Shown: positions 1 to 12,518, numbered from the stretch's first letter. The stretch: DNA of 64,000 bases from Eledone cirrhosa (GCA_964016885.1 OZ024755.1:22444001-22508000); one strand, 5' to 3'. Made by a program: numbers and translations. The notes: generated by a model not told the origin, from the sequence alone.

Positions 1-282
1 GCCTCAAATATAGGGTGTCATTTACAATTACATATGTAATAAATCTTCTGTCTGAGTTAAGATGTTTAATCAATGACCTCTTACCAATATGCAATAGTAT
101 ACAGTTTGTCCAGGAATCAAAATATTTTCTCTGAAAATTTGAGTTAACACATTATATCCAGTGGTTATTTGATGAGGTCAGATGAATGAATATTTTAGCT
201 GTTCTATTGGAACCTGGGATGAGTTTCAAGAAATTATGATGGTTCTTAAGAATTATACAAGAGAGAACACAAGAATAGTATC

Positions 283-447
283 ATTGCCTTTCCCTTGGGC
301 AACATCGGTGGCATGGAGAGGGGAGACTGGTATGAATGGGGGACTGCTGGTCTTCCACAAACATGTGCCTGGATTTGTGCCACGGAGGGAGAACTTTCTG
401 GGTGAAAATCCCATGGTCATTTATGACTGAATGGGGTCTTTACCTTT
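283..447 (+). mobile_element. 3' body of a cephalopod-type SINE (decayed)
   Basis: Sequence ttgcctttcccttgg..gactgctggtcttcca..cccatggtcatt..ggggtcttt resembles an octopus SINE 3' region. Recognised from memory, not searched. Confidence 0.45.
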
Positions 448-714
448 GCACTGCCCAAATTTCTTGATATCAAGAATAGAAATTGATTTTAGAAAGTATG
501 AGGGGTTAGAAAGGTTATGTTCCTGCTGGTTCAAGTAAAGAAGAAGATAGAGGAAAGCATCCAGACTAACAGAATGAGATGGGTAATTTAAGTCTTAGTA
601 AATTTAACATTGCAATATTCTGGATCAGGGATTTTTAACTTGGAGGAGAGCATGGCCCACATAGAATTGAGAGATGATTTATTAGGTACAATATTTTACG
701 TCAACATCTGAAAA

Positions 715-790
715 AAGACCCTTTTGGAGGAACCCCATCACATCCACTTGCATTCGCGATTGTATTCTATCAGTTATTAATAAAATACCA
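715..790 (-). mobile_element. RTE-X LINE remnant
   Basis: Minus strand reads ITDRIQSRMQVDVMGFLQKG, homologous to the MTERIQL*IQVTKMGFL*KV segment at ~50945. Confidence 0.5.
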
Positions 791-867
791 GCCCTTGGTG
801 TTAAATTAACAGAATTGGTAAAACTCTGAATGGAATGTTTTGCATTATCTGTTCTATCTCTGTGTAT

Positions 868-1245
868 TCTGTCACACCTGTCACCTCCTGTTACCTGTCA
901 CACCTGTCACCTCCTGTTATCTGTCACCTCCTGTCATCTGTTACCTGTCACTTCCTTTTATCTGTCATCCCTGTCATCGGGCACCCTTGTCATCTGTCAC
1001 CCCCTGTCATCTGTCACCCCTGTCATTTATCACCTGCTGTCATCTGTTACCTGTCACCTCTTGTTATCTGTCACCTCTTGTTACCTGTCACCTCTTGTTA
1101 TCTGTCACCTCTTGTTACCTGTCACCTCTTGTTACCTGTCACCTCTTGTTATCTGTCACCTCTTGTTACCTGACACTCCTGTCATCTGTCACCTCATGTC
1201 ACCCATCATCTGTTACATATCACCTGTCATGTGTCACCTGTCACT
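868..1245. repeat. Degenerate (CTGTCAC/CTGTTAC)-based minisatellite
   Basis: Tandem ctgtcacctcttgttac units. Explains the three overlapping low-complexity ORFs. Confidence 0.9.
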
Positions 1246-1767
1246 AACGACAGATGACGGGAAACATGATAGAACTGAGGTCCCAACAAACTTTCTATGA
1301 GGTGCAGCATAATAGGAAGTTGGCTAAATGCATTCAGGTGTGACGGCTAAAGGTATGCTGGTGTGAGCTTTAAAAACAACATCATCCTGCCTTGGTCTCA
1401 CTGTCAGATTGAAAACCCTGTTTATAGAGAGATAAACTTTTACATTAGAAGTCAAAGGCAAGGGGTGATTAAAAATGTGAAGAACTGCTGTTCTAGATAA
1501 TAAAAAGATTTTGTTTGAAAATTCTGAATGAAGGTAATAATTTGTGTATAAAACACTGAATAAACCAAACTGATGTTAAAATTCTTTTTTTTTTTTTCTC
1601 CAAACTGCAGGAATCCGTTGAATGAGGACTTTTGAAAGGACAAGAAAGAACCAACTATGAGAACCTTCTGTTAATGGATTAACCATGCCACTGTCTGTCT
1701 TTAAAGAAGGCCATGATGCTCTGGATTCTCTTTCAGGTTTGTTTAGTATTATTATTCTCTGAGAATA

Positions 1768-1985
1768 GAGCAGTGGATTATCAGTAATTGGTAGAGTGTT
1801 GGATAACATGCTTTGTGGCATAGAGTTACGGCCCTTTACATTCTGAGTTCAAATCCCGCCAAGGTTAGCTTTGCCTTTCATCCTTAGGAGGTCAATAAAA
1901 TGTAGTACCAGTAACACATTAGGGTCAGTTTAATCAACTTTCCCCTCCCCAAAAACTTGTTGGCCTTGTGCCTACATCAAAAATC
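1768..1985 (+). mobile_element. tRNA-derived SINE family A (Meta/MESC-like core), with 17-bp TSD
   Basis: A box (tggtagag), B box (gagttcaaatcc) and core gcctttcatcctta.g.ggtc.ataaaat..agtaccag. Direct repeat attattctctgagaata at 1751-1767 and 1986-2002. Confidence 0.85.
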
Positions 1986-2371
1986 ATTATTCTCTGAGAA
2001 TATCAACTGTAATTTGTATGTCTTTAATTTGTATGTTTATATAACATATAAGGTGAGTCATTACCAAGTTGATAGGAATTCATCACACATTATCTTTACT
2101 AGTATATTCTTCAATCACCTTTAGGTGCCACATCACTAAATCTGGCTGGTTTCTCTTATTGATTACCTGCTTTACACAATAATGATTTCTCCTATATACA
2201 CAAGACCCATTATTGTAGAACAATAGAATCTATTAACTTCCCCTCAATATATTACTAGTATATATATATATATAGATAACCCATGCCTGCCTAATCCTTT
2301 CTAGAATAGAAAATAGACATTAAACAATGATAATGATGAATATCTATATATATATAGAGAGAGACAACGGA

Positions 2372-2532
2372 ATTGTGGTAAGGAACCAGATGGACCATAA
2401 CGTAGTAGAGTGGGTAATAGGAAAAAGTATGACCCCAACGGCAGAGCTCAAGCCGTTTCGACAGCTATTTCTGGACTCAAATAGCCGTTGAAATGGCTTG
2501 AGCTCTGCCGTCGTGGTCATACTTTTTCCTAT
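2372..2532. mobile_element. (TA)n-embedded fold-back element, copy 1
   Basis: 54-bp arms at 2417-2470 and 2479-2532 (49/54 by eye). Homologous copies at 8588-8748 and 8759-8872. Confidence 0.7.
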
Positions 2533-3069
2533 ATATATATAAAGAGAGAATTATAGTATTATTCAGTTTCTGTTAGTGTAATCAATTAATTTGATTATGT
2601 AACAAGAATCAGAGGCCACTTACAGTAGTGTTGTAATCAACAGTCAAATTATTTCATTTGGTAAATCTTGTGGTAGGTCCACTATATGTTCCAAGTGCGA
2701 CAATTTACGGAGTTTATATAGAAATTTGCAAAATTATTATTTAGAACATTACATTCCAGAAGAGTGGGAATAAGATTTATTGCATAACACTGACATGTGT
2801 TTCATCATATGTATTACATATCAGTCTAGGATCACTAATATTTGGCTTTTTCAATCAATCAAATTAAATCGAATCCAACTACTTAGAAAATCATATATTG
2901 ACATAAAACGCTGAGGGGTCTTCATCTTGCTTACATACAATCTTACATTCTATCGAGTGTACAGAAGTTGTTGTGTCTTTTAATCTGGTGCTTTATAATT
3001 ATTGCTAATTTCTCACTTTTTTACCTCTAAATATTGATACCTCTAAATATCATTACCTCTTAATATTGA

Positions 3070-3113
3070 TACTCTCTTGCCAACCAAAGTCACTTTTGGT
3101 TGGCAAGAGAGTA
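3070..3113. repeat. Perfect 19-bp hairpin (6-nt loop)
   Basis: tactctcttgccaaccaaa / tttggttggcaagagagta. Confidence 0.9.
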
Positions 3114-3445
3114 GATATAGTCAATTAGATGACCTCGCCCTCCCCAGTGTATGACTGGTACTTATTTAGTAGATATAGTCAATTAGATGACTTGCTCAAC
3201 ACCCAGTGTATGACTGGTACTTATTTAGTAGATATAGTCAATTAGATGACTTGCTCAACACCCAGTGTATGACAGGTACTTATTTAGTAGATATAGTCAG
3301 TTAGATGACCACCCCTCCTCAGTGTATGACAGGTACTTATTTAGTAAATATAGTCAATTAAATGATCTCCCCCTTCCCCCCACTAAATGATTAGTACTTA
3401 TTTTATCAATCCTATAGAAATGAAGTGCAGAGTTAAGCTTAGCAG
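3110..3445 (-). repeat. 57-59-bp tandem repeat x5 derived from a minus-strand SINE A segment
   Basis: Units start at 3110, 3168, 3227, 3286 and 3343. The last unit runs into the reverse-complement SINE core (tacttattttatcaatcc..aaatgaagtgcagagttaagc). Confidence 0.75.
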
Positions 3446-3728
3446 AGAAGAATCTATATTGTTAACTTAGAAAGTTAGATTATAGATAAATTATCTTCAT
3501 TGACAGAAAGTAAATTACTCTCATTATGATTTGCATATTAAATTTTCTGCTGAGAATGTGATTAATTTAGCTCTTTATTCCACTTAATGCTAAGTCACCA
3601 ACTGACTAACTAGCTTTTCTGAACTTAATATTTCAAATCTTTAATTACATATCTATAACTTGAATCTGTGTCTGCACCACGGTAAATCACTAGTATGGTC
3701 ATTAAATTTTATCGCTATGGCAACAAGA

Positions 3729-3948
3729 CATCATCATCATCATCATCATCATCATCATGGTCATCATGGTCATTATCATCATCATCATTGTCATCACCAC
3801 CACCATCATTATCATCCTCATTATCATCCTCATAATCACCATCACCACCACCATCACTATCATCATCACCACCACCACCATCACTATCATCACCACCATC
3901 GTCATCACTATCATCATCACCATCATCACTATCATCATCAACATCACT
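3729..3948. repeat. (CAT/CAC)n microsatellite
   Basis: Direct inspection; source of the poly-His ORF. Confidence 0.95.
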
Positions 3949-4792
3949 AATGCATGCAAGATTTCATACCTCTGGCATCACTCCTTCATAGTCAGTCTAT
4001 AAACATTTCAGTCAGTCCTCGTATGTTTTTTTAAAAATCTGTTGTGTCCCTAGATACCCCCTTCTTGTGCCACACCATTTAAGAATCCCTGCCCTTATTA
4101 TCTGCATTATGTAATGCTAGTAAGATAACACTATGTCTGAAGAAAAAAGCTGGAATGCCTTCGATCTAAGATCTCCTCATTCAAGGCTGACCTGGAACTA
4201 AACAACTTTTAATCATACACAGTTTCCCCAACCCTCAAAATTATTTATTTATTTAGTGTGGAGGAAGAAGCTCTGTTGAAGATCTTTGCAGACTTTCCAA
4301 GTGTTCTGAGATAGACAGAGTTGCCATATTACTAAACATGTTAGAAGTACAATTTATGGCAGGTGCCAGTAAGTTGAAAGAATAAATAGATTGGTTGTTG
4401 AAAAGTAAACTTAGTAACTAAAATTTTAATTTAGTCGTGACTTCAACTAAAGTTGTATTGGAACAAAAATGTAAACAGCCCTTAGTTGTATCTTTCTATG
4501 TGCTAATTCTACAAAGATATATAAACAAATTATACTTAATGTATGCATGTGTGTGTTTGCTTGTTTGTATGAGTTTATACATGTATGTGTATGTGTGTGT
4601 GTGTGTGTGTGTTTATGCCAGACTGTGACCACTCATCCAACCCATACCAGTATAAAAAAACGTATGTAAAATGATGATAATGATAATGACGTGCTTATGG
4701 GTTTGTGAATGTTTGTGTGACTGTGTGTGTGAGCATTTGTGTGTGTGTGTGTGTGTGAGAAAGAGAGAGAGAGAGAAAGAAAAAAAGCATTA

Positions 4793-4853
<61 letters not shown>

Positions 4854-5349
4854 CATTTCTGTGTATGTGTATGTGTGATGTGTGAGAGCATTTGTGTATG
4901 TGTTTAGACCATATAAAGTGTTTTTCTCTGGAATGAAACCCAGGTGATACACTGTATGTTCTCAACAGCTTTATTGTAGGTATTCAATTTACCGATACCT
5001 CAGCCTCATGTGGCCCAGTATGGCCAGAGAGAGGAAGCAGTGGAGGTCAACCAGGGAGGGGTTTCTCCAGCAGGAGTGAGAAAACCCTGAATTTGGATTT
5101 GGATTCAATTTACTGCTTTTTCAGATATTCTGAAGTTCTCAACTCATGCTAGCATGGAAGATGGACGTTAAACGATGATGATGATGATGATACATTGAGG
5201 CTGGCTGGAGGAAGAGAAAAAGGTGTCCTCAAATAAGAGACTTGGCCCAAATGCTTACAAGAGCAATGCAATGATGTTAAACCATGCAACTGATTATGTC
5301 CCCACCTAACATATACACACAAACACACACGTTTTAATGTCTGTATATG

Positions 5350-5560
5350 GTGAACCCATTGGAAGATTGCTCCTCTGGACTCTGGATGTGAAGAGATGAC
5401 TTGGCCAGCCATATATCAACCTTGAAATCAATCATCGAGATGAACATAGGTGTCAAAGGAAGAGATTAGAGTGCTGCAGTGGTCAACTGAGGACTCTGGA
5501 GCTCAAACTTTGTCAATGCCTCACCACCGCCTCAAGGCATCAGATGACTCAAGAAAAGAA
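5350..5560 (+). mobile_element. RTE-X-like LINE 3' remnant
   Basis: Reads EPIGRLLLWTLDVKR*LGQPY, resembling the RTE-X C-terminal LLW..GRP motif. Confidence 0.4.
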
Positions 5561-6311
5561 GTCAAGTATATGATATCAAATGTGAAAATCTTAATGTGTT
5601 AACTGCCTGCATACAGGGATGTGTGTAGATTTATAGAATGGTTTTACACCACAGTCTTACAGTCTGTTCAAGGATATTAATTTGATAAGATTATTCAAAT
5701 ATATATATACATGCATATATATATATATATACTCTTTCTCTGTTATACAAAGTACATGCTAATATGTGTATGTGTTTGTGTGTATGTGTATGTCTGTGTA
5801 TGTCTGTGTATGTGTGTGTGAATGTATATAAACATATCTGTATGTATCTAGGAGTACATTATCTAACATGTGCGTCAATATTAGTGATGGTAGAGTATAA
5901 TTTGAGGGAGATTTAACTGCTGTTTTTTGGCAGTTCAAGGGTTTCCTGTTAGCTAAAGTGTGTTCTGTTTTTTTTTCTTTTTATGGAGTGATTCTTGTTG
6001 TTTTCTATAAGCTATAAGAATATCTTGTCCCATGACAGAAAGTCACTAAAACAATCATAAATCATGTGTTATCCTCTCTGCTTCAACAGTGAGATTTTTT
6101 ATTATATTCTACCTGAAAGGAGTTTGTGAGACTTAAGTATTTTATCTGAGATTCATTGCAGCTCATCTAATGGGATACAAACCTTTGATTTTCTTTTTGT
6201 TTCTTTCATCTATTAGTCTAACACTTTATAAACTTTCTAGCAGAAACTATTATGATTAGAAGAAGGGGAACAATCGTTTATATGAACCTGTAGTAGTCGT
6301 CTAAAATGTCT

Positions 6312-6560
6312 GAAGTCTGTCTCAAGCCCCGGGGCTCATCATGCCGGTGCTGATGACATGAAGTGACTGCGAGTACAAGACTCTCCTCTGGACAGGATGC
6401 TAATCTATCACAGGGTTAACCCCCAAGCTACTGTTGGTACTCATTTTCAGCTGAGTATACTGGAGCAACGTCAAATGAAGTATTGTGCTCAAGAACATAA
6501 CCCAGTCCAGGAATTGATCATAAGTCCAACACCCTTACCACTAAGCCACAAACCTCCATC
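6312..6560 (-). mobile_element. SINE family C (tRNA head + CORE-like + V-like domain)
   Basis: Homologous to 46437-46870 (+) and 49775-49935 (-). Carries ctggacaggatgctaatctatcacagggttaaccccc and a reverse tRNA head. Confidence 0.7.
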
Positions 6561-7189
6561 CACCCTACTAGTGAACTGGTATTTTATTTTATAAACTCTG
6601 GAAGGATATAAGACATAGTTGATTTATGTGAGATTTGAACTCCGAAGAACTGAAATAAATACCGCAAAGATTTCTATCCAACATTTTAAGGATTCTGCCA
6701 ATTTTCTTCTTTGCTACAATAACACTTGAATTTGTAAATTATTTTCTTCAAACATTTAGATTCCAGTTAGCTAACTCTTAATAAGTATTTCCAAATATAT
6801 CCAACCCACATATTTACTGTGAAGCAACAAGTATCTCTCTCTCACTCTTTTGCATTCTTTCTGTTACTGACCAAGTAAACTAAGATGTGTCTGTATGATA
6901 TTAGTAAAGAATGGTGAAGACCAGACTACTACTAAACTAAATGCTAAATATCTGAACTAAATACTGTACCAATTAAGATAACCTTTCAGGTACCTGTTTG
7001 CAAGAAGACAGCTCCTGTAGTTGTTGTAACACTGTTTTATATCTTTGGAAGTAAATGTCAGAACTTTGAATTCAAAATCAGTTTACTTTAAGATGAACAT
7101 GTGTTACACATCTCATGTTATATGACATTTATCAGCAAGATATTTGAACTTATAAACAAAAATAACTTATGTCATATATTGAAGATTAA

Positions 7190-7715
7190 GGATGCAAAGG
7201 TAGAAAAAGCAGCCGGTCCATCAGGGATTGTCGCTGAGTTGATTAAACTATCTTGTGGAGTAGGCTCCGAGATAGTTACTCACATAGTGTAGTATGTAAT
7301 GCAGGATGGTGTCATGCCCAATGACTGGTGTAGCAGCATCATTGTCAACTGATACAAGGGAAAAGTAGATTCTCTAGAGAAGGGGTGTTACTGAGGCATC
7401 CAACTGTTGGATGAGTTTATGAAAGTCACAGAGAGAGTAATTACACAATTGATTAGGGATAGCATTTTATTTTGATGATGCAGTTTGACTTTGCACCCAG
7501 GAAAAGCACAACTGATGCCATCTTTTTAGTCAAACAATTGCAGGAGAACCTAGTTAAGAGTAAGTCACTATACTTAGCATCCCTTAACTTAGAAAGGGCT
7601 TTTGACAGACTCCTGTGCTCTGTAATTTGGTGGTTGTTTAGGAAGCTAAGCCTAGAGGAATGACTTGAAAGGGTTGTACAGGCTTTGTACATAAGTGCAA
7701 CCAGCAAATTAAGAG
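7190..7715 (+). mobile_element. RTE LINE reverse-transcriptase fragment (pseudogenised)
   Basis: KAAGPSGIVAELIK..PNDWCSSIIV..YKGK..QFDFAPRKSTTDAIFLVKQLQE..LERAFDR, with stops and frameshifts. Confidence 0.9.
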
Positions 7716-7839
7716 TTGAAAATAATAGTATAGTGTTAACTACACCAAATCTTAGCAAGAAGACCTTGATTTAAGTCCCACCAGGGAATCATATTTTTAT
7801 TCTCTTTTAAGTATATTGTTATATTAGACTAAATAAAGG

Positions 7840-8027
7840 GAAATGGATTGGCAGTATTGGTAAAGCATTGGACACCATGTTTTGCAACAAAGTGTTACAT
7901 TTTGAGTTCAAATCCCACTGAGGTTAGCTTTGCCTTTCATCCTTATGCGGTTGATAAAATAAAATATCTGTAACACACAAGGGTTGACTTACTCGACTTT
8001 CCCCTCCTCCAGTCTATATCAGAAACC
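7840..8027 (+). mobile_element. SINE family A
   Basis: ggattggcagtattggtaaagc..gagttcaaatccc..gcctttcatcctta; flanked by an aaataaag direct repeat. Confidence 0.8.
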
Positions 8028-8376
8028 AAATAAAGAAATCTTTATATTAGCCTAAATAGTTAGTTGAAACATAATCATGTATTCAATGTTAAACCTGAAG
8101 TTGGGATCAATATTTTAGATTTAAATGTCAAAATTAAAGATTATAAGAAAACTGCATGTGGGAGGAGTCTTTAAAAAAAGTGACCTTTCTAAATTAGACA
8201 AAGGCGTTGTCTCTTGTGAAATCAAATATTAAAGAACAGGTGTCATAATTTAATTAGTTCCTGGCAATCAAAGTGGAGTCAAAATAAAACAAAGAATGTT
8301 CAAACTGTTCATATTGCTAGGATTAATACAATCTGAAATGGTGTAGTTTGTTAGTATGAATATATCAAATATGATT

Positions 8377-8547
8377 TTTACTCTTTTTCTTGTTTCAGTC
8401 ATTAGACTGTGATTTTAATGGATTATATCAACCCTAGTATGTAGTCATTTAAAGTCACACTAGTAAGTTACAGTATATAAACAAATAAGACTGGTTGTTA
8501 AGTAGTGTAGATGTTGTAAACACACACATACACATATGTATGACTGG

Positions 8548-8548
<1 letters not shown>
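8377..8548 (-). mobile_element. Decayed abundant octopus-type SINE (family E) 3' part
   Basis: tttactct..tgtttcagtcattagactg..taagttac..taaac..ggttgt. Related pieces at 9583-9720, 24824-25325, 46125-46290 and 60815-60970. Confidence 0.5.
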
Positions 8549-8587
<39 letters not shown>

Positions 8588-8590
<3 letters not shown>

Positions 8591-8870
8591 GAAGGAGTGT
8601 GGTAAGGAACCAGATGGACCATAACGCACCAGAGTACTCAATACTTAGGGTAGTAGAGTGGGTAATAGGAAAAAGTATGACCCCAACGGCAGAGAAATAG
8701 CCGTCGAAACGGCTTGAGCTCTGCCGTCGGGGTCATACTTTCTCCTATATATATATATAATGAAGGAGTGTGATAAGCAACCAGGTGGACCATAATGCAC
8801 CAGAGTTCTCGATACTTAGGATAGCTGTAGAAACGGCCGGAGCTCAGCCATTAGGGTCCTGATTCTTTTC

Positions 8871-8872
<2 letters not shown>
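8588..8872. mobile_element. Two tandem copies of the (TA)n-embedded fold-back element
   Basis: Both copies begin taatgaaggagtgtg.taag.aaccag.tggaccataa.gcaccagagt, are separated by (TA)n, and share sequence with 2372-2532. Confidence 0.75.
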
Positions 8873-8939
<67 letters not shown>

Positions 8940-8995
8940 AATGAAACAAACAAAAAACAAGATTCAACTTTACACAGTTATATTAGGTTCACGGT

Positions 8996-9192
8996 TGAAG
9001 GTCGGCTGAAAGGTTCATAGGCTGACCAAGACACTCTCATGGAATGACCAAATGAGGTTTATCTTTCAACGTAGTCACTGGAAAGAAACAAGGCAGTTAT
9101 CAATAAGAAGAGTTGAAATAATGCATGTAATATTTCACAACTCTAACATCACTCCTCCATTGTCAGCCTATGAACTTTTCAACTGACCCTCG
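8996..9192. mobile_element. Mariner-like MITE
   Basis: 31-bp TIRs tgaaggtcggctgaaaggttcataggctgac / gtcagcctatgaacttttcaactgaccctcg (~27/31). TA TSD not preserved. Confidence 0.7.
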
Positions 9193-9789
9193 ACGTAAAA
9201 TGATGATGATGATGATGATATCCACTATATACATATAGCACCCAGAAACAGGAGACCTGGCCCAAGTGCTTGAAATAGACTGATGTCCATTAAAGGTGCT
9301 CAAGGAACAGGTTGTCAGGTTAAGCTGGGTGACCAATTATGTGTACCACTCAAGGGATTAGAATTCAAACCACAAAGATATGGAAGAAATACCACAAGGC
9401 ATCTCATCTGATGCTCTTCTGATTCTGATAATTCACTCTCTTGGACTGGTATTTTAGTTTATTAACCCCAAAAGGATGAAAGGCAAAGTTGATGTTGGCA
9501 GGATTTGAACTCTGCTCAGAGAGCCTGGAACAAAGTATTTTTTCTTACGCTCTCACAACTCTGCCATTTTGCCACCTACAATGGCTTCCATACAATTTCT
9601 ATCAATTTCACTCAGAAGGTGTTGTGGAGTCTACAACCTAAAGTGCCAAGCAGTGGTATTAATCTTAAAACCATGTGTTGCAAAACTAGCACGTTAACCA
9701 CATAGCCAAGCCTTCACCTATTTATATATCTCTATCTATCGATCCATTTATCCAACTATCAATCTATTTATGTATCTATCTATCTATAT

Positions 9790-10035
9790 GAAGAGAGGAA
9801 AGGGGTACAAACTCTTCATACTCCTGGAGATGAGGGTTGCACATTTTTTTTTGGGGTGGGGGGGGGGGGGGGGGGGGGTATGTGTTACCCATATGAAATG
9901 TCTCCCCCTATTGGGGAAAATCGATTAATTTTTAAATTGCATTTGTGATAGTATTTTACACGTTTTTATTGTATGTAAACTTCCCCCTTTGTATTTGTCC
10001 CCTTCTTTTGTGCCCTTGTGGCTAATAAAGAAACA
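9790..10035 (+). mobile_element. 3' UTR-only copy of Tx1/L1-like element in (TATC)n
   Basis: Homologous to 10800-11060; ends gtggctaataaagaaacata(tcta)n. Confidence 0.75.
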
Positions 10036-10070
<35 letters not shown>

Positions 10071-10072
<2 letters not shown>

Positions 10073-11060
10073 GGGCGCCTGGCACACTGAGTGTGCCCAG
10101 GCGCTCACCGCCCTCTGGCAGGCGGATCCGGTTATCAGTGGAGACTCCACCGCAACATTCTATAGAGGGCTGGTACGCAGCAGGTGCGACGACGCCCTCG
10201 GAGAAGCCCTAGACATGGAGGAGGACGAACTGGCCAGCCTGTTCGGTAGGACATTCAGCCCGGGACCTATGGACAACTTCCAGAAGTCCCTGGCCTGGCA
10301 GTGCTACCGAGGGGCTTTACCCGTTCGAGAAAGGCTCTACAGACACGGGCGCCCGGGTAGGGACCCCGCCAAAAAGATCTGTCCCAGATGCGTGTGCGAC
10401 GAGGAAACCGTTGCACACGCATTGGTACACTGCTCGGGCGTAGCCGATCTGTGGGGCTATGTCGAACAACTGCTGTCAAGGGTGGGACCGATCCGGTTGA
10501 CCACCGAGTCTATTGTAATGATCAAGCCGCCTCCCCCCTTCAAAGATGAAGCAGAGGCGGTGTTTCTGTGCGTAATAGCCATGGCGAAAGAGGTTGTATG
10601 GTGGACGCGTCTGAAAGGACTGAGGTCGGGCACCTTTCTCTCTGGCCAACAACTGGTCCGTTTCTTCCGATATCATTTCGGAAGAAGGATCAGGATGGAG
10701 AGAGAGGTGCTGCACCCCAGCCGTTTCTATGAAAGATGGGTGAAAGTGGCGAGAATGGCCCGTGTGAATGGGCCTTCACTCTACATCAGACTATAGGTGA
10801 GGAAGAGGAAAGACCAAGGGAGCACCCCTTCTCTGTGCTCCTGAGGAGAAGGGTTGCACACTTTTTTCGGGGGTGTGTGCGACCCCCCAAGGCGCCTCCT
10901 CTCTATTGAGGATTTTGTTAAAAATTTTATTTTTTGTTATATCTTATTTTATTCTTATATTTTGTTATTGCCTCCTCCTTATTGAGGACGCCTTTTTGTG
11001 TAAACTCCCCCCTTTGTACTTGTCCCACTTTTGATGCCCTAGTGGCAAATAAAAGAAACA
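10071..11060 (+). mobile_element. 5'-truncated Tx1/L1-clade non-LTR retrotransposon; ORF2 C-terminus with zf-RVT (CCHC)
   Basis: Frame open from the (TATC)n junction at 10071 to the stop at 10796. Motif WQCYRGALPV..CPRC..DEETVAHALVHC..W..AKEVVWWTR is typical of the L1/Tx1 ORF2 C-terminus. GC-rich relative to the flanks. Confidence 0.85.
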
Positions 11061-11075
11061 TATCTATCTATCTAT

Positions 11076-11215
11076 GTATTGTCCCCTTTCTTGTTGCGCC
11101 CTTGTGGCTAATAAAGAAATCTATCTATCTATCTATCAATCTATCTATCTATCTATCTATCCCCTTTGTATTTGTCCCCTTCTTTTGTGCCCCTGTGGCT
11201 AATAAAGAAACATAT
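11076..11215 (+). mobile_element. Two extremely 5'-truncated copies of the same Tx1-like 3' end
   Basis: tgtcccct..gccc.tgtggctaataaagaaa followed by (tcta)n, twice. Confidence 0.75.
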
Positions 11216-11576
11216 CTATCTATAGATTGAACTATCTATTTATCTATCTATCTAACTTTACATCTACCTATCTAAAGAGAGAGAGAGAGAGAGAGAGAGA
11301 GTGAGAGAGAGAGAGATGGGATGAATAGATAGACAGACAGACGGACATGGGTAGACAGACGCACTGACACATACACACATAGATGCATACATACAAACAC
11401 ATACACACACACACACACACACACTTATTGAAGTATCCTAGTTGGTAGATTCATCAAAATTATTCATAGATTGGCAAAGATAAGTGAAATGAACTGAAAT
11501 AACAACATTTGAAAATATATTTTAAAAAAAAAGAAACAAACTCTAGATTTTATTAACCTTCATTCTCGATTAAGCC

Positions 11577-11626
<50 letters not shown>

Positions 11627-11638
11627 ATGGTGTGTGTG

Positions 11639-11670
<32 letters not shown>

Positions 11671-12320
11671 GTGTGTATATATATATGTGTGTGGTGTGTA
11701 TATATATATATGTGTGTGTGTGTGGTGTGTGTGTGTATGGTGTGTATATATATATATATGTGTGTGTGTGTGGTGTGTATATATATATATGTGTGTGGTG
11801 TGTGTATATATATGTGTGTGGTGTGTGTATATATATATATATGTGTGTGTGTGTGTGGTGTGTGTATATATATGTGTGTGTGGTGTGTGTATATATATAT
11901 GTGTGTGTGGTGTGTGTATATATATATTAGTGTGTGTGTGTGGTGTGTGTATATATATATATATAATGTGCGTGTGTGGTGTGTATATATATATGTGTGT
12001 GTGGTGTGTGTATATATATATATATGTGTGTGTGTGTGGTGTGTGTATATATAATGTGTGTGTGGGGTGTGTATATATATATATGTGTGGTGTGTGTATA
12101 TATATATGTGTGTGGTGTGTATATATATATATGTGTGTGTGTGTGGTGTGGTGTGTGTATATATGTGCGTGTGGTGTGTGTATATATATATATGTGTGGT
12201 GTGTGTATATATATATATATGCGTGTGTGTGGTGTGTGTATATATATATACTGTATATATATAATATATATATATATATATTATATATATATAGTATGTA
12301 TATATATATATATATAGTAT
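11577..12320. repeat. Compound (TA)n/(TG)n satellite
   Basis: Direct inspection. Confidence 0.95.
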
Positions 12321-12322
12321 GT

Positions 12323-12518
12323 ATCATCATCATCATCATCATCATTTTACGTCCGCTCTTCCCTGCTTGCAAGGGTGGGACGGGTCTTATTCAGCACAGC
12401 ATCTCTCCACTCGTCACGGTCCTTCGTCATCTCCTCCAGACCTCAGTGATCTGAGGTCTGTTCTCACCACCTCCGCCCATGTTTTTCTGGTTTTCCTCTA
12501 CCACGTCTTCCTTCAACA
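12323..12518 (-). mobile_element. RTE LINE 3' end (family 2) with (ATG)n tail
   Basis: Minus strand reads [42 protein letters not shown]. Near-identical to 56262-56475. Confidence 0.85.

Noticed and set aside
2602-2773. Short frame containing CGRSTICSKC (zinc-finger-like)
   Set aside because: About 55 codons with no start or splice support and no recognisable family.
2785-2830. Partial hammerhead-like remnants (also ~30165-30215, 36715-36765, 43305-43400, 48168-48222, 59475-59520)
   Set aside because: Each has only one conserved box or lacks stem I. They may be decayed copies but cannot be supported by eye.
9853-9878. Poly-G tracts as functional G-quadruplexes (also 32034, 43565, 44323, 62303)
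   Set aside because: Homopolymer expansions, mostly within repeats; lengths are unreliable and there is no evidence of function.
10215-10796. Host gene or horizontally acquired GC-rich CDS
   Set aside because: The frame extends upstream to a microsatellite junction, it encodes a zf-RVT motif, and its 3' UTR is repeated, so it is a truncated retrotransposon.
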